Part shown: piece by piece, positions 28,038-40,254 of the stretch | Layout of the letters: each line of letters begins with the position of its first letter | Numbering within the stretch: the stretch's first letter is position 1 | NCBI GenBank assembly: GCA_951406725.2 | Contig: OX597814.1 | Location: 167,276,001-167,340,000 of the forward strand | DNA: 64,000 nt | Direction: 5' to 3' | Source: Octopus vulgaris | Lineage: Eukaryota | The notes under the pieces: model-generated | What the model saw: only the letters and a program-made list of their open reading frames with translations | What the model was told of the DNA's origin: nothing | Database searches by the model: none | Translations under genes and position numbers: made by a program

Positions 28038-28535
28038 TTGGATCCTCCCATAAATAATGCGCTTTTTTTTTCAATTGCATGAACTAAAAGTCAGAGGGGG
28101 ACAGGATAAACTACCTGCATCAACTTGCTATAAAAGCATGTAGTAATTTTACCTTGTCCTTATTCTTAGTGCATGTTTTGAAGAGTACAGTTCGATTTTA
28201 ACAGTTATTTTTTCAAAGCTATAATGGAAGTGACAAAGGAGCATATTCAGCATATTTTGCTTTATGAGTTTGATAAAGGCAACGACATAATGAAAGTGCA
28301 AGGAATATCAATGCAGTATATGGGGATCGGACAACAAGCATAAGCCAGTGTCAATGGTGGTTCAAGAAATTTTGAGTCAGAAACTACTGCCTAGAAGATG
28401 AGCCTTGTCCTAGTAAATCTGTAGAGCTTGACAAAGACATCCTACAAACCCTGGTGGAACAAAATCCCATTGCATCTATTGAAGAACTAATAGAGAAGCT
28501 TGGATTTGGTCATCAAACATTTATTGACACCTGCA
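28038..28535 (+). mobile_element. Mariner 5' fragment (TIR plus HTH region)
   Basis: MEVTKEHIQHILLYEFDKG...CQWWFKKF*..LEDEP..LVEQNP; TA-flanked TIR. Confidence 0.8.
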
Positions 28536-29194
28536 TTGAGTCACAGATGGATATGTATATATGTACATGAATAAACGATAATATATATACATACTTGCAT
28601 GTATCAGTGTATCTGTGTACATTTGTATTTGTGTATTTATCAATTCTATCCTGTTATATTTTATCTGGCATGTTTTTTTGGCTAGGAAGCAATCTCCTTC
28701 TATTTGATCTTAGGTTCCTTGCATTATCTTAAATTAATTACACTCTCAGCTTGACAAGAAGACTCTGGTTTTGTTGTTGACAACTGCTTTAATTTATTTA
28801 CATTACAACCATCTCTAGCTTCTATGAAATAAACAATGTGTCCATATTATTCTTTCCTGGACTTTTTACTATATTAATATATTAATATAAAGTATATAAG
28901 TACTTTCTGTGACATATTTTTGTATTTGTTTTATTTACTTCCTGAAGTAGTGCTCATGAAGTTGTAGCTTTGAAACATATGTAAAGGAATGACATAATTA
29001 AATTAATCGCCCTTGTTTTCCTTCTGTTATTGAATTCTTATATATACTCTATGAATTATACAACCTGTGAACCTTCATGATATGGTTATGTGTTTAGTAA
29101 TATGACTACATTTTCTGGCTATGCTTAATTTTCATGCTCTTTAGAGAAACAATTGCACAAATAATAATATTAGTCTTTCTCTCCCTTCCTTTCT

Positions 29195-29246
<52 letters not shown>

Positions 29247-29285
29247 TATATATATATATATGTGTGTGTATGTATGTATGTATAT

Positions 29286-29545
29286 GAGGGCACATGGCTT
29301 AGTTGTTAGGATGTTGCACTGATGATCTAGTGGTCATGATTTCAATTACCAGACTGGGCAGTGCATTGTGTTCTTGAGTAAAACACTTCATCTCACATTG
29401 TTTTGCAATCACTTCAACACCTGACACGTGGTACACTGCACCTGTTCAGACAACGTCGATTTGGTGGAGAGATCAAGCTAATGTGCAGCACGAACACTTG
29501 ATCAGTATAAACAAATCATTTGTGCAAGTCGTTCAACAGGATAGT
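29286..29545 (+). mobile_element. Diverged tRNA-derived SINE related to family C
   Basis: tggcttagttgttagg head and gtgttcttgagtaaaacactt domain. Confidence 0.55.
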
Positions 29546-29561
29546 CCATCACCATCATCAT

Positions 29562-29611
<50 letters not shown>

Positions 29612-29615
29612 GTAT

Positions 29616-29680
29616 ATATTTAGCAGAAGCATCAGAGTGACTCATGGTCCTTGAGTCACTCTGCTGCTTCTGCTAAATAT
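29616..29680. repeat. Hairpin with 29-bp arms (1 mismatch) and 7-nt loop next to (TA)n
   Basis: atatttagcagaagcatcagagtgactca / tgagtcactctgctgcttctgctaaatat. Confidence 0.85.
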
Positions 29681-29740
29681 TAATAAAACATACACATACT
29701 CATATTTTGAGTTCTATTTTTTCTGTTTGCACCATACCTA

Positions 29741-29804
<64 letters not shown>

Positions 29805-29808
<4 letters not shown>

Positions 29809-29962
29809 AAATAATATGTGACAATTATTCAATAGCCAAGATAAAACTCTGAGTTTCAGATGCCGAGGTGGAAATCCACAACACCATCTCTTCGGTTATC
29901 TGGCCATCTGAAACTCAGAGTTTTATCTTGGCTATTGAATAATTGTCACATATTATTTTACA
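29805..29962. repeat. Inverted repeat with arms of about 55 bp in a (TA)n-embedded element
   Basis: tgtaaaataatatgtgac...tttcagatg and its reverse complement ending at about 29962. Confidence 0.88.
29839..29901 (-). ncRNA. Hammerhead-like motif (U4C core variant)
   Basis: Minus: agataa-CCGAAGA-gatg...catc-t-GAAA-ctcaga-GTT-ttatct. Confidence 0.5.
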
Positions 29963-30038
29963 GATAAATTTCCTCTATTTACATAATATTGAGGTCTCTT
30001 TCTTTCTTTTGTTATCTTACCGTTTTTACCAATATATA

Positions 30039-30106
<68 letters not shown>

Positions 30107-30198
30107 CATATCGTCAGTAAATCATAAATCTGAAAAAGAAACACACTCTAAGTTATAGAGCAGTACAGTATATAAATAAAGATATGGCCAGTCTATAT

Positions 30199-30256
30199 GG
30201 TTACCCTGGATTTCATGTTCATAGAGCTCTTATCTTTACAGTATTTCTTCAGACCC
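30199..30256 (-). ncRNA. Degenerate hammerhead-like motif
   Basis: Minus: ggt-CTGAAGA-31 nt-GAAA-tccagg-GTA-acc; stem II poorly paired. Confidence 0.3.
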
Positions 30257-30577
30257 TAGGCTTAAGGCCTCTCTACCAAGTGGCCTCTCAAGAGGGGTTG
30301 GGGTAGTTGAATGTTGGTGATTGTTATGGTGACCAAAGACATAAATAACTGACTAAAGACATAAATAATTTTGAAAAATTAATTAAATTGCTAAATATGG
30401 CAGGTAAGAAACAGTAGAGAGATAAAATGACCAAGTGGATAGAATTCCAAGAGGAAATAAAAATCTATAAAGAAGGTAAAATTGTTCAGTCAAAGATAAT
30501 GTGTGTTAGAAACATGTTAATCTTCAGTTTGAACCATGTAAAAGTTTTCTTTTTCATTTGTGTGTGCATGTGTATAT

Positions 30578-30742
30578 ATATAATAATAATGAAATTATTG
30601 AATACAGTGCTCAGGTGCACCACAACTTGTCAAAAGTGCGTATATAGTATATGCAGTAATGTACAAATGTCTGGAAAGGGAACAGTGTATGAATCAGATA
30701 CATGCTTGCATGTGTATGGAGGGGAGAAAATCAGGTGTAGTG
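30578..30742 (-). mobile_element. 3' tail fragment of a CR1 relative with a longer 3'UTR
   Basis: Minus: ctacaccTGA...agttgtggtgcacctgagcactgta...(ATT)n; same ends as the CR1 3'UTR at 40175-40254. Confidence 0.7.
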
Positions 30743-31456
30743 TATGTGTGTATATGTATGTGTTCAACATAAATACAAAAGTAGAGTGAGAGATGGAGAA
30801 TGGAGTATGAGGTGTTGATAGAATGTCACTCGGTGATTCAATTAGACAACATATGGTTCTCTAATAGATGGTCAATATCTTCCTCTATGTGTAGTTGTTT
30901 TGTTGAAGAAAGAAGCTCCTGGATTTGATTCAAATATTTTGCTCCAAAAGTTAATTTAAGTTCTGATTGGTGAACAACAACCAATAAGATGTCAACGTAA
31001 AAATCAATCAGTGACCAGCTGAAAGCATGATCATGCTTTTGAACCACTCCTTGTGACAAAAATCTTAGTCAAATTCATGATGTCATCACAATTAATTCAG
31101 TAGAGCAGTGAGAAGTATACAGTTGGCAACATTAAAGAAAATATCATTGTTACATCATTTCATCTCATATTAACATCTACATTCCCATGCCCACATGAGC
31201 TGGAGGGAATTTGTTGAGGCAGATTTTCTCTGGCCAGATGCCCTTCTTGTCACCAACTCTCACCTATTTCCAAGTAAAGTAATATTTCCCTGTAGCCCAA
31301 CATATTTGCATCGAAGATTGCAAATGAAGATCACTGTGGTATGATTGTGACACTTGTTTACAACTATCATGCAATGTCAAGACAAGGAGACATCAATTCA
31401 CACACACACATGTATATGTACGTATAAATATACATATACATATATATATATATCAA

Positions 31457-31728
31457 GTCTCGCCTGGCCCCCGTGCCAGTGGCACGTAAAAGCACAATCC
31501 GCTCATGTCCGTTTCCCAGCTCCGTCTGGCACCTGTGCGGGTGGCACGTAAAAAGCACCCACTACACTCGCAGAGTGGTTGGTGTTAGGAAGGGCATTCA
31601 GCCGTAGAAACACTGCCAGATCAGACTGGGCCTGATGCAGCCTTCTGGCTTCACAGATCCCAGTTGAACCGTCCAACCCATGCTAGCATGGAAAACGGAC
31701 GCTAAATGATGATGATGATGATGATGAT
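31457..31728 (+). mobile_element. RTE 3'UTR-derived repeat, (GAT)n tail
   Basis: Same terminal 200 bp as 1810-2013. Confidence 0.8.
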
Positions 31729-31835
31729 ATAAACAAATGAACATGTGCATATATGTCTACACTATATATAATTATATATATATATACACATACATATACA
31801 TACTTACATAAATATATATATGAATTATATATGCT

Positions 31836-31883
<48 letters not shown>

Positions 31884-32117
31884 CACTATATATATATGTA
31901 TATATACATACAAATATATACAGATATATGTATGCATATATGTGTAGAAATTTTAATAATTTTAGAATTTTTTATCATATAGGATTTAATGCATCAGCCT
32001 TTAACTTAATTGTTCAAATTTATGTCATTAATTCCTTAATCCCTATGAAGGAATGGATGGTATGAATTTAGCCCTTTTTATTTTTGATTATTTAAATTAT
32101 GCTGACAATAACATGCA

Positions 32118-32416
32118 TCAGCAGTGTCCAGCCTTTCTTGTACCATGGACGGGTTTTATGCATGACAATTTTTCCAAGGACTGGGAGATCGCACACACAT
32201 AATGAAACACAATAAAGTGCATAATACATAATTTAATTAATGCATATATAATACAAATATATTACATATATAACATAAATAATGCAAAATACACTGCAGA
32301 TTGCAATAGTCAATAAAACAGAAATAAAATTTTAAAATTTATTCAATATCTGCAGCTTGTTACCAAATGATCCGCAGCCTGGTACCAATCCATGCCCTGT
32401 GGTAGGGGATACCCAA
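32118..32416. mobile_element. hAT/Charlie (MER1-like) MITE, degenerate
   Basis: Left end cagcagtgtccagcctttcttgtaccatggac..gacaatttttcca and right end ggtaccaatccatgccctgtggtaggggatacc resemble MER1-type termini from memory. Confidence 0.45.
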
Positions 32417-32480
32417 TATACCTAACTCTTTTTCTGTATGTAAACACTTATCTTCTGGTCTACAAGCTTAGTTAGATTGT

Positions 32481-32527
32481 ACAATACTGATGAGATTAAA
32501 CAGACTGAAACATATGTCAGTTATTGT
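32481..32527 (+). ncRNA. Degenerate minimal hammerhead-like motif
   Basis: acaata-CTGATGA-13 nt-GAAA-catat-GTC-agttattgt; stem II weak and stem I register offset. Confidence 0.35.
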
Positions 32528-32787
32528 CCCTACAAAGATCAGATTGCCCTTTCCTTAAATGTGTAAATTAACTTACGAATTCAATTCTTAATTTCTTGAA
32601 ATTATTTTCCTTTTTCTTTAAGAGTCACTAATAAATGCTAGTAGATTTGTGCTTTGTTCTCCAATTCAGAGATGAGTTTCAATAAATTAAGAAGGGTTCG
32701 TGCTCCCATCTAACTTAATTATCGAAATTCATGCCACTGGCTCATTTGAGTTACTTCCCTTAACTCATTTAATATATGTTTGAAAGT

Positions 32788-33153
32788 GTATGCACACACA
32801 CACACTCACACACGTACACACACACACACACATGCACACATACACACACACATGTACACTCATAAACACACATGCATCCACACACATACACACACATGCT
32901 TACACACACATACACATACATGTATACACACATACACATGCAGACACACACACACTTGTACACACACATGCACATATACAAGCACATGAGTGTGTGCGCG
33001 TGCACACACGCACACACAAGAAGCTATACATGTGTGTGTGTGCATGTGTTTGTCTGTTTGTGTGTGTCTTTTTCCTTATTTTTTTTTATCAATTTCAGCG
33101 TTTGGGTTGTGGCCATGCTGGGATACCACTTTTGAAAATGAGATAGATAGACC

Positions 33154-33220
<67 letters not shown>

Positions 33221-33364
33221 CGAGAGAGAGAGAAAAACAGACCAATAGACAGATATATGTATATGTGTGGATAGATATAATATATGTAATATATATATTA
33301 TACATAATATATATTGCAAATATATATATATATATATAAAAATTATGTATTTAAATTATATAAG

Positions 33365-33414
<50 letters not shown>

Positions 33415-33478
33415 AATTATATGCATGTGTGTGTGTATATATATATATATAAGTATATATAAAGAGAAAGAAAGTGAG

Positions 33479-33509
<31 letters not shown>

Positions 33510-33658
33510 TATAGATAGATAGATAGATAGATGGATGGATGGATGGATGGATGGATGGATGGATGGATGGATGGATGGATGGATGGATGGATAGATAGAT
33601 GGATGGATATATGGATGGATGGATGGATAGATAGACAGACAGACTGACAGACAGAGAA

Positions 33659-33704
<46 letters not shown>

Positions 33705-33705
33705 T

Positions 33706-33772
<67 letters not shown>

Positions 33773-33860
33773 AGCTACGTAGATAGATAGACACAGAAAC
33801 AAACATACTAACAGGCAGGCTGACAGACATACTGTCAGATAGGTAGACAGACAGATAGAC
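32788..33860. repeat. Compound microsatellite block: (CA)n, (GATA)n, (TA)n, (GGAT)n, (GACA)n, (GATT)n
   Basis: Direct inspection. Confidence 0.9.
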
Positions 33861-34247
33861 AGCTATTTATGTTTATCAAAAAGATGCATTTCCAAAAATA
33901 CAACCATTTCCTATTTTATCTATATGGATTATTTATCTACTTCTTCACAGTTCAGTGAAATAATGTGTGCATAGGTTTCTCCAAGCAAAATGTTCTTCAA
34001 AAAATTCAGCTATATTGCATAAATATCTTTCAAATACTAACTATGCATCAACGATAAAGATCAAGCATAAAATTTGTGTGGGTGGAAAATGGTTGATAAT
34101 AATATATAAACCATAAACTTAGAATGTGTAGAACTGAGCAGCTACTTTTCCTTTTATAAGTTCATCTAAGTACGGTTCTTTAGTAATGCATGTATTTTCA
34201 ACATATGGAAAGATTTTAGAATTTCAGAAAAAAATTTGATTGCTTAC

Positions 34248-34760
34248 CTGTCATGTGCATGGTGTTCTGTGTAGTTGGTGTTGTTCTCCGTTAAGTGGTC
34301 TAAAGACCAACGTGAATTAATAAATGTGATGAAGAGAGAGTGTTGTTACTGCTGATGCCGACAATGAGGCTGCTCTTAATAGTGGTGGAATTATGTGTAG
34401 CAGGTTTTGCAAGCGACAGATTTATGTATGTGTGTATGTATTATCAATTGGCTATTGTGTTGAAGATAGATGTAATAGTTTGGTTTTTTTTTTATATATA
34501 TACCTATCTATGCAGAACTATTAGAATTTTACGCAGAATGCAGACTCTGATGGTTAAAAAGAAAGATTTACTGGAAGCTTGTGTGTTGTTGAAAAATATG
34601 CTTATCACCAGCCAGCAACAAGCTTGCCTAGGAGCACTGACAATTGGATTTGTAAGTGAGGAAATCAATATAACAGCTACAGCAGTAGTGGTGGCATCAG
34701 TTGTAAAACAGCAGTAACAGCAGTAGCAGTAAAGCAACAGCAGCAGCAGTGGAAGCAATA
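34248..34760 (-). other. Candidate 5' exon of a host gene
   Basis: Unique sequence ending in acaccATGCACATGACAG|GTAAGC on the minus strand; upstream boundary unknown. Confidence 0.2.
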
Positions 34761-36826
34761 AGAAAACAATAATACCAAAGCAAGTGAAAAGTGAAAAAGT
34801 ATTACCAATTATTCAAAGAAATAAGTTGTTTTTTTTTTAAATTTGTTTTGATGTTTCAGGGGAAATAAATAAAAAAAACTTACAATAACAACAAAAAATA
34901 ATGAAAGAAATAGAAACTAAGACAAAATAATATGGAAAGCATAAAATTGATACAACTCATTCAGATTTTTCTGTTTTATATCAAAAATATGGAAGAAAGT
35001 GTGTTAATTATTAGCTGATAATTGATCAATTATGCATTGTTGTTTAGTTGTTTCAATTAATTATAATTTGGGAACAAACTTTTTTTGGGTTTTGCTTTTG
35101 TTTTCTAGCATTTTTGGTGGGGTTTTGTTATTTTCAATTTTAAGAATAAATAAGAGTACTATGCATGAAGAAATGAAATATTGTGACAGTAAATTATTTT
35201 AAAGTACTTTGTTGTGTCCTAATTGGTTAAAAGTTCAAATCTCATTTTGGCAACTTCGCTTTTCATTGTTTTAGGGGTCAATATAAGTAAGAATAATTCA
35301 TAGGTATCTTTGAAAACAACTACACATCTTACTTTCAACAAATAATTACAACCTAAATAAAAATCAATTTTAACACAGGCCTTAAGACAGTGAACTATTG
35401 GAATTATTAAAGCATCAGGAAAAATGCATTGCAGTATTTGGCTATGGTTCTTTATGTGCCCTGAGTTCAAATCTTGCTGTGGTCAACTTTTTCGTTCATC
35501 TTTCTGGGATTACAAAGATAAAATGCTAGTCAACTACCTGAGCTGATTTAACTGACTAACCTCTCCACCAATTTTGTGATTTCACGCCAATATTATAAAT
35601 TATTATAACTACAAAACATAATATTAATGTTTCTAATTAAATATATATGAGAGCAAATATAAATGCAAAATATATTTTGAAGATGACATCAAACTGAGAC
35701 CTATAATATTTTAAAAATATGCAGTCAGTAATTTGTTTATTTTCTTTTGTAGATTTTCCTGTCACAGAGTGGAATTTATTCTATTTTCTTAATATGTGGA
35801 TTGGTAGAATGGTCAGAGCATCCCATTAAATGCTTGCAGGATTTAGCTTTGTGTTCTGCCTTCAAATTCAAGTGAGATTAACTTTGCCTCTCATCCTTCC
35901 AGGGGTAATAAAATAATGCACTAGTCAAACACTGGCATCAATTTATATTCCTATAATACATCCTAAATGTGAACAGAACTATAATAGAAGCCACAAGGAT
36001 AAAAATGTTCAAATGATATTGTTTTGAATAGGATTTCACTAATTTCATTACTTCAACTATTTATGGAATTTCTAGGAATTATGAGAACTTCCAAATAAAC
36101 AAAATCTACAGCCTGGTTTCTATAGGGAATTGTGTTTCACTCAACCTATGCATATTATTAACATTCTTGCGAAAAATTTGAACATGGTAATTCCATTTCT
36201 TTATTGCTTGTTGTTGATAAAGTTGATAAACTAGTGGCACTAGGTTTGATCAAACCAGGATACCTAACCTCCAAACTTTGCCTGGTTTGCAGTAGCCTTG
36301 TCTGAACTCCCAGCTACCTTGTCTGAGCATTATCCAAGCTAACAAAATGTAATCTTATATGAACCTATACATAACCCATTCATTCCTTGTTTATGTTCTT
36401 ACTTTTTCAATGTGATTTCACATTTTTCACAAAGTACTTCCATAACAAACATCACAGATTTGTTGCAGTAGTACATTCGTTCAACATCAGTCTGTTAAAC
36501 AGGAACCATCAATAATATCTTCCTTGGGTTTGTACTTCCTTACTTCTTCCTTTTATTTTTGGAATCTATTAAATTTTTCAGGATATCTGTATTTCATTAC
36601 ATGTAGTTTCCCTAGAGGTGGCAGTTATTACAAGGAGATAATTTTTTTATAATATGGTGGGATTAGAAATTAGAACATGAAATTAAGGAATTATAGGGGG
36701 AAAGCGGTATACAATTCACATGTTTTATTTATTATTTTTTTTCCCCCTTATTTTGAAGTTCAACCAATCATTTTTCAATTGACCAACAAGCATATTTCAT
36801 TAACTTTGCTGCAACCCTTCATTTAA

Positions 36827-37363
36827 CTCCACAATGAGGGGTCTTATCGGAATGCTCTGCTAAAGAACCTCCCTGTACCTGTACCTCTTGTCGCATTTAA
36901 GACCGCGGATTCTGCCACCCATGAAGTCATTGCCATTGGGGTGCCAGAAGACATGGCTGATCTTCAGGCTTTTGCTGCCAACTCAGCCAAAGACCTAGGC
37001 TGCGTTCCCCCAACGGGTGCTATCCGCCTTGGACGACCTGGCCCAAAACCTAGGCTCATCAAGTTGTCTTTTACGGACCCCACTGAGGCAACCTCTTACC
37101 ATCTGGCCTCAGTTAAAGCTGGGCGGGAAAATCGGACCACCTTCCGAACACGCCCAGGCTTACCGTCCGATGTACGTCCGAAGCTACGTGTAGTGGCTTC
37201 CCTGAATAGGAACTCAGCTCTACAGGAAAGCTTCAGTCTTCGGGAAGATGGACAAATCTGGAGATTTGTCAAGACTGCTGAAACGTGGAAGAGAGATACC
37301 AGCTGGTCTGAGTGCTCTCTACCCACAATAACTAAAAAGACTACAGCAACTCAGGGAAACTAA
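36827..37363 (+). CDS. LINE ORF1 C-terminal part (RRM/CTD-like)
   Basis: Frame open from 36827 to TAA at 37361-37363; EVIAIGVPE and IRLGRPGPKPRLIKLSF resemble L1/CR1-type ORF1 RRM motifs. Confidence 0.65.
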   Translation, partial: LHNEGSYRNALLKNLPVPVPLVAFKTADSATHEVIAIGVPEDMADLQAFAANSAKDLGCVPPTGAIRLGRPGPKPRLIKLSFTDPTEATSYHLASVKAGRENRTTFRTRPGLPSDVRPKLRVVASLNRNSALQESFSLREDGQIWRFVKTAETWKRDTSWSECSLPTITKKTTATQGN

Positions 37364-40254
37364 ACCAGAACAACCTGCCATCCTCTACACACCATCATAA
37401 ACTGCGAGCAGGGTACAAATTGTTGTCCTTAAATGCTCGCAGTTTATGCAACAAAATACATTTGTTCAACGCCTACGTCAGAAGTGTTGACCCTGACTTC
37501 ATCACTGTCACGGAAACATGGGCGCATTCCTTACTCTGTGATGGGGTTTTCAACATTACGGGGTACAACCTCTTCCGTAAGGACTGCACTAACCGCCGTG
37601 GTGGTGGTGTGATGGTCTACGTTCGTTCAAATTTTTTGGTAATTCCTTGTGCCGATTTGAACGAATCACAAGAAGAAGTTTTTTTCTGTGACGTGCGTAT
37701 GACCATGTCAACACTCCTGCTTGGCGTTGTTTATCGTCCCCCAAGTTACCATCGGGACACACAGCTTTGCAATGTCCTCCGAGCTGCTGCCAGGAAAACA
37801 GCCACTTATGTGTTTATTGCAGGCGATTTCAATCATCCTGAGATCGATTGGGAGACCTTCCATTGGCCACAGAGTGCAAACGATTTTGTTGAGCTTGTGC
37901 TGGACTCAAACTGGTCACAAGTGGTCACCTCTCCAACAAGAGGCGACAACACCTTGGACCTGCTCTTCACCACAACTCCTGAAGCAGTTATCAATTGCAC
38001 TACGGAGGAACCTCTAGGTGACTCTGATCATGCTATGATCATCGCCAATCTGGCTCTTGCGGGCAACAAAAACCTGAACCATCTCCAATCTGCTTCCTTC
38101 GATTGGAAGAGAGCAGATTGGAACCTGTACCACACTGAACTACAGCACCCAAACTGGCGTGAATTCTACAACTCTGGAGATGTGAATACTATACTCCAGA
38201 GTATCCTGGACTCAATATGGGCAGCATGTGCAGCATCAGTGCCACGTAAACAAAAAAAGAAGAACCGCCCCAAAAGGGCAATTTGGGAAACTTCAGCGGT
38301 CCGACTTGCCAGGAGGGAACGTCGGACTGCTGAACGGGAATACAGGTTGCATAAATCAGACACCAACAGGAAGAAGCGGAATAAATCCTCCAACCATCTC
38401 AAGCAAGTGACAAAAAAAGCAGTGCTTGAATTTGAACAGTGCATAGCAGCCAATCCTGACAGCAAGGTTTTCTGGAAATATGTGCACTCAAAGCAGAGAC
38501 CTCACTCTCCAGTGGGCCCTCTTCGCAACCCTCACACAAACCAGATCACTGACGACCCCAAGGAATGCGCAGAACTCATTGCCGAGTGCTATGCAAACAT
38601 ATTCACTGTTGAAAGTCAAAATGTACCATCTTCACCATCACTAACAGCAAACTCCATAACAACTATGGAATTTACACCTGCAATGCTGCGACGTCACCTT
38701 CAAAATAAGCGCAACTATGCCTCCCCTGGTCTCGATGGAGTTACATACCTGCTTCTCAAACGTGGCAGGCACTTCCTTTTACACCAGCTTTCTATTTTCT
38801 TCCAGTACTGTCTCAACAATGGTGCTACTCCGGAGCAGTGGAAAACTGCCAGTGTCATTCCTCTGTTCAAAAAGGGCGACCGCACATCACCTGTCAACTA
38901 TCGCCCAGTCAGTCTCACTAGCTGTATTGCAAAACTGATGGAATCGTGTGTCAGAGAAACACTCTGGAACTTCTGGAGCTCTCACAGTCTCATCCGACCC
39001 TCACAATATGGATTTGTCCCTAACTCCAGCTGCAGTGACCAGCTTGTCGAGTTCCTTGAGGACATTACTCAGATTACTGACAGTGGCTCATGGGTGGATG
39101 TTGTCTACCTTGACTTTGCTAAGGCTTTCAACTCTGTGCCACACAAAAGGCTTATGGTGAAACTCTCTGCAATGGGTGTGGGGGATGACCTTTTTAACTG
39201 GTTGAAATCCTTCATCCTCAGCCGAAAGGAGGTAGTCACAGTTCTAGGACAGCACTCTACACCATATGAGATGTCATCGGGTGTACCACAGGGATCTGTC
39301 CTTGGTCCCCTCTTGTTTGTGACATACATTAACGACATAGATGCCAATTTAAAGAATGCCACAGTATTGAAATATGCAGACGACATCAAGCTGTACCTTG
39401 AAATCAAGAGGACAGATCCTGATGTCTACAACTCTTTCCTGCAATCAGACCTAGACACAATGCAGCAATGGATCACAGACTGGCAACTGAAACTGGCTGT
39501 GGACAAGTGTACCACCATGCATTTTGGGAGAAAAACCCTGCGTTCACATACTCCCTCCACAACACTGATATCAAGAAATCCTCTTGTGAGCGTGACCTAG
39601 GCATCACTGTCAGCAGTGATTTGCGTTGGTCAAAGCATATCTCTAAGATTGTCAGGAAGGCCGAGGGTGTCTTGGCATCACTCAGCAGGTCTTTTGTTAG
39701 CCGCTCTCCAGCCATCTATTTAAAACTGTATACAGCTATGGTACGACCACACTTGGAATTCGCATCATCAGTTTGGAACCCCTATCTTGCACAGAACATT
39801 GACCTCCTGGAATCTGTCCAGAGACGTGCAACCAAACGCATACCCTCCATCAGACACCTACCATATTCTGAGCGCCTTGTTTCCCTGGGCATGGATTCAC
39901 TGAAGCTCCGGCGTTTGGCGACGGACTTGGTAAACACCCACAAAGTTATCAACCACCTCACCAACAACAACACTGAACACCTTTTTGATCTCCATGTGTC
40001 TAACACACGTGGACATGCCTACAAAGTCAGAAAACAATACAGCTCCCATGACTTTCGGAAACATTTTTTCACGCTCAGAGTTGCTGAAGCATGGAATAAA
40101 CTGCCTGCGTCAGTTGTTGACTGCCATGACACTGCATCTTTTAAGGCCCTCATGCTTTCCGAAATCCGCCGAAACTACACCTGATTATATATACACTTTA
40201 GATGAGTTGTAGTGCACCTGAGCACTGTACACAATTATTATTATTATTATTATT
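36836..40254 (+). mobile_element. Near full-length CR1-group non-LTR retrotransposon (5'-truncated within ORF1)
   Basis: ORF1 remnant, APE-RT ORF2, short 3'UTR with gtgc/gcac stem and (ATT)n tail; sharp GC rise at about 36836. Confidence 0.93.
37354..40184 (+). CDS. LINE ORF2: AP endonuclease plus reverse transcriptase; one frameshift in the A-run at 39531-39535
   Basis: SLNARS, VTETW, VYRPP, GDFN, LDLLF, SDH (APE); PGLDG, NYRPVSL, QYGF, LDFAKAF, GVPQGSVLGP, YADD (RT); LESVQRRATK, TRGH, WNKLP (CR1 C-terminus). Confidence 0.92.

Noticed and set aside
28935-28990. Hammerhead-like CTGAAGT...GAAACatatGTA
   Set aside because: A9 lost, stem II unpaired and stem I out of register; at best a decayed relic, so not counted
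30838-31059. 73-aa minus-strand ORF in non-microsatellite sequence
   Set aside because: No recognisable motif or splice context; possibly old transposon debris
36780-36940. Search for an HDV-like ribozyme or a TSD at the CR1 5' end
   Set aside because: No nested double pseudoknot discernible; the element appears truncated within ORF1 and no TSD is evident
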